Shown: one piece after another, positions 54,333-64,000 of the stretch
Position numbering within the stretch: the stretch's first letter is position 1
Layout: every line of letters begins with the position of its first letter
Origin: Balanoglossus misakiensis
Lineage: Eukaryota > Animalia > Hemichordata
Direction of reading: 5' to 3'
DNA length: 64,000 nt
NCBI GenBank assembly: GCA_040954595.2
Contig: CM082587.2
Location: forward strand, 6,189,705 to 6,253,704
Notes under the pieces: model-generated
Database searches by the model: none
Seen by the model: only the letters and a program-made list of their open reading frames with translations
What the model was told of the DNA's origin: nothing
Position numbers and translations under genes: made by a program

Positions 54333-56050
54333 AAAAAAAAATATAGCTGCAAGCAGCAATAGCGGGCCCAAGCCAACATGCACATAGCAACATAGCAATA
54401 AGCATCTCTGCTCTTGATGCCAAGATATGGTAAAGTAGGTCAAAGGTCAACTGAGGTCATGTTATATTTGGGCAAGAAATTTTTACCGTATACTGGTCCA
54501 TGTTCAACAAAAACCAAACCTATAGCCCTATTGGTTAGCCTGGAATTAGGTATGCACATAATTAATGAGATATGCAGGTGCCACAGGTGACCCCCAATTT
54601 TGGCTTTTCACTTTCAGTCCTAACCCTCCAAACGCCAAGTTTGTACCTGCTCTGGATGCCAAGATATGGTAAAGTAGGTCAAAGGTCACCTGAGGTCATG
54701 CAAAATGTGGGCAAGAAATTTTGACCCTATACTGGTCCATCTTCAACAAAAACCAAACCTATAGCCCTATTGGTTAGCCTGGAATTAGGTATGCACATAA
54801 TTAATGAGGTAGGCAGGTGTCACAGGTGACCCCCAATTTTGGCTTTTCAATTTTAGTCCCAACCCTCCAAACGCCAAGTCTGTACCTGCTCTGGATGCCA
54901 AGATCTGGTAAAGTAGGTCAAAGGTCACCTGAGGTCATGCAAAATTTGGGCAAGAAATTTTGACCCTATACTGGTCCATGTTAAGCAAAAACTAAACCTA
55001 TAACCCTATTGGTTAGCCTGGAATTAGGTATGCACATAATTAATAAGGTAGGCAGGTGTCACAGGTGACCCCCAATTTTGGCTTTTCAATTTTAGTCCCA
55101 ACCCTCCAAACACCAAGTCTGTACTTGCTCTGGATGCCAAGATCTGGTAAAGTAGGTCAAAGGTCACCTGAGGTCATGCAAAATTTTGGCAAGCAATGTT
55201 GACCCTATACTGGTCCATATCCAACAAGAACGAAACCTCTAGCCCTCTTAGTTAGCCCAGAATTAGGTATGCACATAATTAATGAGTTAAGCAGGTGTTA
55301 CAGGTGAGCCCAAAATTTTGCCTGTTATTTTGGTCCCATTGTGCTCACTGCCCAATACACAGTCACTGTACAGGACCGTTGCACAGACCAGAATTCCACA
55401 CTAAGACGTGTAGTGTTCATAGCTTAACTATAGAGGTATAAGTAAAAAGGTATAATTTTAATTTAAAAAATTAATATAAAAAAATCGGTCGATTTTTCAT
55501 ATTATTTTTTTTCGCTTAAAATGATTGACAAATGCTAGGCTAGCTGCACACCAAAGTTTGAGATGATCAGCCTAACAGATTTTGAGATATGTAGGCATAT
55601 TTATCCAAAATAATATGTGGTCATAGCTTTACTATGTAAAGTATAGGCCGATGGCTTGGGCGAAAAACATGAAAAATAATACTTAAAAATCTTCTCCTCA
55701 AAATTGACATGGCCTATGGCCTTGACATTTGGCATGTAGAACCCTGGCCATATGGTCCATAAAGTATCTGAACAGAATTGTGATATCTCAATTCATATGC
55801 AAATTAGGGCGATTTAAAAATTTTGCCCATATATGGTCATCAGGTCACGTGACTAATTAAACATTCACGAGGGTACTGCACCAGCTCTCATTGGCCTGCA
55901 CCATTGTGCTAAGTTTGAAATTGGTAGGTTCAGCCGTTCTCCAGATCTAGCTGGACAAAAAAATGACACAAGAAGAAGAAGAAGAAGAAGTAGAAGAAAA
56001 AAGCCAGTAATACCAATAGGGCCCAAGCCTGCTGGGCTTGGGCCCTAAAA
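54333..56050 (-). mobile_element. Non-autonomous Helentron-associated element (HINE/DINE-1-like)
   Basis: On the minus strand: T-run; 5' hairpin with 13-bp arms (56017-56047); (CTT)n microsatellite (~55970-56000); 239-bp tandem core; subterminal copy of GGGCCCAAGCC (54364-54374); short stem-loop GCTGC-TT-GCAGC; T-run. No TSD seen. Confidence 0.85.
54409..55325. repeat. 239-bp tandem repeat, ~3.8 copies, internal to the HINE
   Basis: Units start at 54409, 54648, 54887, 55126. Confidence 0.97.
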
Positions 56051-57669
56051 ACATCATTCTTTCACGTTCAGCCCGAAATGTTTAACCTTTGTTCAAGTTA
56101 TGTTAAAACTTTACGTATTATTCAGCAAAAATACTGATATATCCCATAATTTTGTCTTGAAATTTAATTACATCCTAGTCTAACTATTCATGTGAAGGCA
56201 GGTTCAAACATTCAATGTCCATCACTTCGTGAATAGCTACATGTAAAGTGGGAAAGCGATAAAACATTTTGTCAACTGTGTTAGCTTATGTTGCAGAATT
56301 ATCTATGTGTATTACCAGTGTTCATGTTTCGTGTGATTTCATTTCAGTCGTTAGGTATATTATGTCACGTTTGTTTCGTTGTGTAAAAGTCAATAAAATG
56401 CCTTGGCAGGGCAACCTGTGTGTGTGTGACTAAATTATTTCAATATCAGTGTATGTTGTTGGTGTCCTGAAATCTTGCACTGGTGTAAATGCCACCACTT
56501 ATCTTCAATCAATCAATCAACCAATCACAGGCATTTAAAAGTACATGTATCCAGCAGTCCATGAATACAAATTAGGCCACTAAGCTCCCTAGGTCTACAA
56601 ATCCAAACAGGCCGAAGTACCCCTTAGGTCTATGAATATAAATACCCAACTCAAACCACAAAATAAGATACTATTCTTAGACATTACACTACATGGTTTA
56701 TTAACTATGTAAGCTACACCAGACAATACGTCTTAGGCAATACAGTGCAGAAGAACTTTGCTGTCACAAACGTCGCATTGCACGCGAGATACACGGTCTT
56801 CTCTCATCTTCCAAACTTGCCCCAAACGAGGAGACATCACCTATCACTTAATCAAGCAGTTTTAGTTATTGATGTTCAAAAATTTACGAGCACTGAAGCA
56901 TTCTCTTGTACGACGCTGCTACAGCGAACACTATTTGGACCAGACAAACCATCGATTGGTTGACAAACGCGGCAAGGAACTAGATGACTGGCGGCAACTA
57001 CGAGTAGACAAACATGATGGTGAAAGTTTCTGGGAAATATAAGATGTGCTTGACGAAAACAGTAAGAACTCCTATATCCATCATACCACCACCAGCAACC
57101 CCCTCGGTTATAATGTTGTTGCACTGATAACACAGTCTCATCACTCACAGAAGAGTCCATTACATAACGTATAGGAGGGGCAGATAAATTCAATAATTCA
57201 TCCAACTGATGATTGAACACATTCAGGATTGAAAATTCGTCTCAATAGTAATGTGCACCGGTGATGTACACTAATTTTACGCTTTCTAGATCTCCATTAA
57301 TGAACAATAATCACTAACATACATAGCAAAAGCAATGATTGTAATTTAATAATTTTGATATTAAGCTGTTCCTAAATACTTAATCCCAATTTACCAGTGT
57401 TACAATTCTTTTTTTTCCTATCAGCCATCTTTCCTATCTATCATTTCATAATTCAGCAACTTGTGACACAAGTTTAGTTTGAAAAGCCAAACACAGCCTT
57501 AAAAACATGTTTGAATTGTCCATTCTTTGGCCCGTCATGCAGTGCAAACACAACCATACTTCTATAATGTACTACTAGTTATGTCGGTGATTCATATACT
57601 ACCATCGCTATGACACTAATAAATACGCCGACGTCTAGCGTCAGTATCGTGAGGGAAATGCTAAAAATG

Positions 57670-60600
57670 CTAATTCTGGAACAATGATGTGGTGAAGTCC
57701 ACATAGTCTAGGGCGCCAGGCACCTCCCGACCCTTGCTGTCTTTGTAGGGCTTCATGTGCAAAATACACCACTCCGCCTGTTCTTTTGGTAAATTCTGCA
57801 AAGCAAGCACACGAAATAAGAATGTGAGAAAAGATATAGTTTGATGGTTGTGTGTATGGAAGTGAGCAGGTATCATGTTGTGTTGTTAAGACAGAGTGAT
57901 CAGAAACACGATATAGAATTCTCATCTTCTCTGAAAAGGTAAAGTTATAAACTGGGAACTGCTTTGAACCAATGAAACTGTTTCTTCAAGGACTTGAAAA
58001 ATAGAAGACTCTTTCCACCTGAACAGGTTTTGGGGATGACTATCATCTTCTCTGAAAAGGTAAACTTATAAGCTGGGAACTGCTTTGGTCCAATTTAACA
58101 TTTTTTTTTCAAGGACTTGAAAAACACCTTTCCACCTGAACAGGTTTTGGGGGTGACTATCATCTTTGAACAAATTTCACCATGAACATGAGTTCAGACT
58201 TACCGAATACAATTCCTGCTTGGTGACAAACGGCTTATTCTCAGAGCTGAGGGCACGGAAAGCATTTTCAATCTCTTCGCTGGACTGAACGTTTTCAGTT
58301 TCACGGCTTATCATGAATCCCATGTATTCTTGCAGGGATACAAAACCATCCCTGAGAAGATAAAATGCAAAGTCTAATGAGTCCCCTTCCTATCTCTTCG
58401 TTTAAAATAACATCAAATCATTTCATTGATAAAATCAGGATACCCATGTGTCACACAATTGTGCTTGCTTGAGTAATTCCATTGCCCACAATACACCATG
58501 TGACATCCACATGACACCACATCAATGTCCACATGATGTCACCTATATGCCATGTGGCATCAACATGACACAGAGATGATACCCACATGATACCAACTAT
58601 ATGCCGTCCCATGCTTCACAGCTATGCAATACATTACATGTATGATGTCTGCTTCCGCATCCAAATGAAAGTTGGCCACCTACTTTCAAAAATGAGTACA
58701 GCATAACTATCATAACTAAAATAACAATGAAATGGACACTTCAACATGTTCATAATCCTCACCTGTTGGGATCGACGTTGTCCAGAATATTTTGGAATTC
58801 GGGATCCTCCTGGCCTTCTTCCACCACTGGGAGATCGTAACCCAGAGAACGCAGACACGACTTGAATTCTTGGTGGTCTAACTTTCCAGTCTTGTCCTTG
58901 TCGAAATGTCTGAAGTGGAGAGAGAATTGTGTTCTTGTCAAATAGGAACGGGTGCAAATAACACACATTGTCTGCTTCCATGACTTAATCAAAATTCCTC
59001 AATGGAGACCAATAATCCAAGTTATTCTTTACACTGCAATTTGGCTCTAAACCTACTTTGAATTTACACTGCGGTCAAAGTTCAGCTGCAATACCACGAT
59101 GTGCACTCAAACAAGTGGCAAAAGACCCAGGAATGAAAATGTATGTTCAAAATACTAACAGAACAGACTACACATTTTGTAACAACCACCGAAAATGAAC
59201 AAACATAAACACAATAACTAACCACACAAAAAACTTTAAAGTCTACAACTAGTATATAATTGTTTTTGGACAGGACTAGATGGCACCCCACTCACTTGAA
59301 CATCATGCTGAATTCCTTGAGGGCTTCCTCACTGACGCCGGTGGTGTTGCGCGCCTGGATTTGTTGTTCCAGGTTGTGCTGCATTCTCATTCCCAGCTGA
59401 TCCAACTGATCCCACTGCTGTGCCAGGCCGACAGTGCTGTGCTCCGTGTAGCTGTCACACACAAAAAGGGAATAGAAAGTTCATCTCAGTAACGTGACAA
59501 TGTGGAGGATTTCTGTACATGGCTTTCACATGTACCAGTGATTTGTTGTAATGGAGTTACCTTAAATGGCACATCCGATGTACATTACTTCGGAGAACAC
59601 ATTTAATACACAAGGGAATAAAATTCACTGATTGGGCTTCTTTCGTCTGCTGTCACACTCCGACAATCATTTCCCAGCTCCAGTGACATGACATGACCGA
59701 AAGAGATCCAGTGTCTCATCTTACCGATTATCCAGGATAAGATGCTCTTCCATGGCTGCACCCAAGTCCTCGATCTTCTTCAGTTCGCTGCGGTGAGCAC
59801 GGATTTCAGATAACTTGCGCTGTGAATTAACATACACATGGTGTTAATGGTATACCGTCATTTGCGCAAAATTTAACCAGTGGATAACAAATTTCCAGTT
59901 TGGAGGTCACCCGAAAAAAAAAAGGAACCACCACGTTTAATCTTACCTTCATGGCTTCCAACTGAGTCTCCAAAGTGCCTGTCTCCTCCACAAGCTGGGA
60001 TCTGCGCAGTGTGTGAAAAGGGGGAAAAGACATGAAGTTAAAATATACATTGGAAAAGCAGACCATCACTCCCACTCACAAAGCAATCAACAGCTTCAAA
60101 GGGACACAGTCACTAATTTTTGATATCATATGGTTATTTTGTGCGCGACTGCATGAAGATGCATAATCTTACTCCAATAGTGAAATATTAAAATGTCAGT
60201 CATAATTAAAGTTCTTTTACCCTGCCTGTAGATGCGAGTTGTGCCTGAAGATGTGAATTGTGCCTTAACAATTCAACGTTTCACAAACAATATTCACTCA
60301 AAATGGCCATAATGTAAGAAACAGTGACTGTGTCCCTTTAATACACACTGGCAATCGCTGAACTTAAGACATGCCTTCTATCACTACATAGCGCACAGCA
60401 TGTACTTGCATGCGATGAAAGCCATAATGAAGATGTTGAATCGAGAATAAAATACCCATGCAATGTGAGAAATCATGACAAAATTAGAAACACTGTAACT
60501 GTCCACATATCAATATTTTAGACTGAAACCACTGAGTTCTAACAATGTTAGAAATTAGAAGTTTTTTTTAGTTTTTTTTCGAAAGAAATGAAAACAAATA

Positions 60601-63600
60601 TTAACCCTCCGCCCATGACAATATATTCCCTTGATGTTGGATGTAGCAAATAGAGACAGCGTGAGAACAACGCAGACAGGAATGACAGCCACAGCCGCAA
60701 TAAGGTGATGGGAGACACACCCAGCATTTCAAATGAGGAAAGAAAATAAGAAAAAGAACAGAAATAAAGACGATATGCAAAAAACAGAAATACAAGAGAT
60801 ATTTATGAGAAGCAAATGATCTGCGTTTATAAGCGTGGAGCCTGTTGGCTTCTTGTGAACGGTCGCTACTTATAATGTGATTGATGATTTGGGACCACCG
60901 GGCATGGACAATGTGGACTGTGGAGTGCATAGGTTGAGCTCATATAGGGATCAGTGGTACGGACAACGCTGCGGGCCATATTTGTAACAGCTGGTGTATG
61001 TAAGGCATGGCTGACTTTGAATTCTTGATGGCATGGCCTCGAGAGCTCGTGTTTGGTGGTGCAGATAATGTTGTGATGTGCAGTGTACTTCAGACTTCTA
61101 TCATGGATTCAAACTAGCTCTATGCTAATGTACGGCTCAGATTTGCAGAGTAGCAAGGTCGAAGTTCACACAGTCCATATGAATCAAAATTAGCGACAAA
61201 TATTGGTTCTGCCACATTGAATCAAACAATAATGCTGATGACAGAAAACTTAAAGAAACATACGCTGATTAAAGTAAATAATAATCGCAAAAATGAATGC
61301 TGCACATATATAACTTAGAACTGGAAATGAGAAATTATTTACAACACAATGTCGGCACACAGGAACAAATAAGATCTTGATAAAATCTGATTCTGGGCTT
61401 ATTATTAAAATATATTCAACTTCACAAATACATCCACATGTACACCACACGTTACCTTGTCTCCTGCAGCCAAGCATGGAACGCGTTGGCGTGTTTGGCA
61501 AACTCCTTCCTCAGTTTGTCGTTCTCTTCCTGCCGGCGCATCTCTTTGTTCAGCTCCACTTCCCTCTCCTTGATGATCTTCTGCAGGTTGCGCCAGGTTT
61601 CTTCCAGGGCCTCCATGGTGAACCAGGTGTAGGGGTTGGTTGTCACGTTGTAGCTTTTTATCTGTTTGTCCAAGGAGGCCAACTGCTTGAGGTCGGCTTG
61701 GGCGCTGCTCAGGGAGTCGGTGAAGGCGTTGTGGGCCTCGCGCAGAGCCTTGGGGAGGGAAAAACAAAAAGAATTTGAAATATAGCCTGTAGAGGGAGTG
61801 CAAATTAATCAGCTTGAAGTTATGGAAGAGTCATCTGTCATGGGTACAAACAGCAACGTTACATACAAAATTCACTCTTTTTTGTAACAGACAATATTCA
61901 GAAATGTTGTTCTGGGATGAGTTAGAGTACACAGATTGGTCGACTGTTCAAACTCAAAAGGGCAAACTCATACCAATAAAATGCCAGGATGTAAAGGTCA
62001 CACAGGAGTCAAGAAAGTAGCCTGTTACAGATTCCCCATACCTTGATCTCCTCCACCGAGTTACATCTTACGGGGTCGGTTAAGTCCTCCTCAGCATTTT
62101 CGAACCAGCTGTTGAACGCAGATGCCTTCTTGGCGAAGGTCAAGAACAGCTCCTCCACCTGGCGGTATTGCTCTTGCGCTTTCAACAGACGCTGTTTGCG
62201 GTTGTTTGAGTCGTGCAATAGTTTCTCCCATCTGAAAGAACAACACCAAGACAGAACAACATGTGAGATAGTCTGACAGGAAATGAGTTGATAGCATGCA
62301 CAAGGCTCATGAGCTCGACCCCACTCAAATTTAAGGACTTTACAGACATGTTTTTCCCCCAGTGATTTTTCAAAATCATTGAGACACACCCTCTTACTGA
62401 TATTCACCATTTAAAGACAACATGAGTAGTGGAATAATTTTTCCAGGATTTTCTGATAGTGAATTTCAATATTGCAACACTTTCAACAATGACCAGAAGT
62501 GGTAGAAAATTTTACGATTTTCCGGAAAAAAATATGAACCATGACAGAACTACTTCTGTCAGAAAAAAAGACATGACAACGTTGACTAAATTACTGACCT
62601 GGCCATCAGGGTGGCGTGGCGCTGTTGTATGGCTGGGGTCTGGGCATGGTGGGCAGCAACCAGCTGGTCTTTCAATGTAGTGATCTGTTGGATGCCTTCT
62701 TTTTCAAAGGCATGCAGACCGGCATCAAAAGTTTCCTGCTTTGTCAGCAGGGTCTGTACGGACGACAGATCACGACCATAGTCTTCGGATCTGGCCATTC
62801 CTTCTTTATCAGCTGCGGCAATGAACAAAGAACGAAAGTTAGCATCAGACTTTGATCAAGGCCTCTACAATAATCGTGCTGCTTTAAACTACAGTAAAAC
62901 TCCAATTATCCGAACTGACAGGGGGACATTGATTTTGTTCGGATATGCAGACAGTTCAGTTATTCGGATAACAATCGTAAACAATAGAACTGTTTGGGGG
63001 ACATGACAGCACTGCGGATAACCAAACAATTCGGATAATTGGAGTTCGGATAATTGGTGTTTTACTGTGCTGCCCTTGATCACACACACTGCACATGTAT
63101 CAACAGATGCAACCGTTGATAGGAACGATCTGTCAACTATAACAATCAGTATTGGCACACAGCGCCACTTGTCCCATAAAAACTCACCGATCCAGGACTC
63201 GACCACATCGGCCTTCCAGATGAACTGCAGGAAGGCGGAGTTGTCCTCCAGTTTTCCCTTGCGGTATCCGGCAGCCTGATCCAGGGTGTCCACCTTCTGC
63301 TGAAGAGTGGACAGGCGATTGGCGATCGCGTCGGACTGGTGGTTGCCCTGAGTTTTGGAGGAAAAAAAGACAGTGCTGTTAAAAACATGTAACATTTGAG
63401 TATACACACATAGAAAACAAAGAGTTTGGACTGAACCATTGTGGTGGAAGGGTTAACCCTAATGCTACTGGATGTCATATCTGTTTAGAGTGTCAAGTCC
63501 CTTAAAATACGTATTTGCCACTTTTTCTTCTAAAACGTATTTTGACTGTCTTGACATGGCTCTCATACGTACTTAGACACACTTGGCAGTCTGAGCCCCC

Positions 63601-64000
63601 TGAAAAATGTACCAAATCGTACTGGTTTGTACTGTATTGGTTTGAGGGTCTTGTATAGGCCCTACTGAATAACACACACTTGGCAGCCTAACGGGTCTGG
63701 GAGCCAGGAGTCTAGGCACCCTGGAAATCAAACCAGTTCATACTGACATGACAGCGTTAGGGTTAAACATTACTGTGATGCTCACCTCTGAGATCAGTTT
63801 CTCTCCAGCTCTCTGGATGTCGGCCACGCGCTCCTTGTGCACGCTGAAGTCGGTCTCGAAGGCCTTGTGCTTCTTCATCAGTCCCTGCACGGCGGCCAGG
63901 GTGTCGCCGTAGTCCTCGCTGGACATCAGGTTCTGCTTCTCGTTCAGCCAGGTCTCCTCCTCGTCCACGTTGGCGCTGAACTGCTGGAAGTACAGCGACT
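57670..64000 (-). CDS. SPTAN1: Alpha-spectrin (non-erythroid type), 3' portion; 5' end beyond the window
   Basis: Exons 64000-63786, 63347-63188, 62812-62599, 62231-62042, 61748-61456, 60001-59947, 59819-59725, 59451-59296, 58909-58763, 58351-58204, 57795-57670. Spectrin repeats ([57 protein letters not shown]), EF-hands ([24 protein letters not shown]), C-terminus [15 protein letters not shown]. Confidence 0.97.
57921..58167. repeat. ~120-bp direct tandem duplication in last spectrin intron
   Basis: TCATCTTCTCTGAAAAGGTAAA...TTCCACCTGAACAGGTTTT occurs twice in tandem. Confidence 0.9.
60100..60337. mobile_element. MITE with 15-bp TIRs and TTAA-like flanks (Kolobok/piggyBac-type)
   Basis: AGGGACACAGTCACT (60100-60114) and AGTGACTGTGTCCCT (60323-60337), flanked by TCAA and TTAA. 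Confidence 0.75.
60606..60629 (-). CDS. SPTAN1: Candidate 24-nt alternative microexon of alpha-spectrin (adds EYIVMGGG)
   Basis: AAG|GGAATATATTGTCATGGGCGGAGG|GTTAAT; phase 2-2, stop-free; preceded by ~190 nt lacking AG. Confidence 0.55.
62892..63067. mobile_element. Tc1/mariner-pogo-type MITE
   Basis: 25-bp TIR CAGTAAAACTCCAATTATCCGAACT (one mismatch in right copy), TA on the left flank, internal TCGGATA repeats. Confidence 0.85.

Noticed and set aside
60221-60244. Second in-frame 24-nt spectrin microexon candidate (HNSHLQAG)
   Set aside because: Lies inside the 60100-60337 MITE and lacks a long AG-free tract; probably chance unless junction reads show exonisation.

Overview
Intron-rich animal genomic DNA, probably from an invertebrate deuterostome (inferred from gene content and patchy CpG depletion). 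The first ~16 kb is CpG-rich with no recognisable protein domain, but has candidate first exons of a minus-strand gene that leaves the window. I assembled eight genes by hand from GT-AG sites with consistent phases: PSMB7, a NEK6/7 kinase, an orphan secreted Lys-rich protein, a galactose-3-O-sulfotransferase, a DEG/ENaC channel, an M14 carboxypeptidase, a NIT-domain guanylyl cyclase and the 3' part of alpha-spectrin. The best candidate for novelty is the 21-exon, ~1089-aa DEG/ENaC channel. It carries a 537-aa in-frame cassette (LDLa x3-CUB-TSP1-CUB-TSP1) in its extracellular finger region and has lost both cysteines of one thumb disulfide. Also present: a complete HINE/Helentron-type element, two MITEs, an octamer+CRE tandem array, and a candidate regulated spectrin microexon. 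No database searches were run, so novelty claims are unverified.
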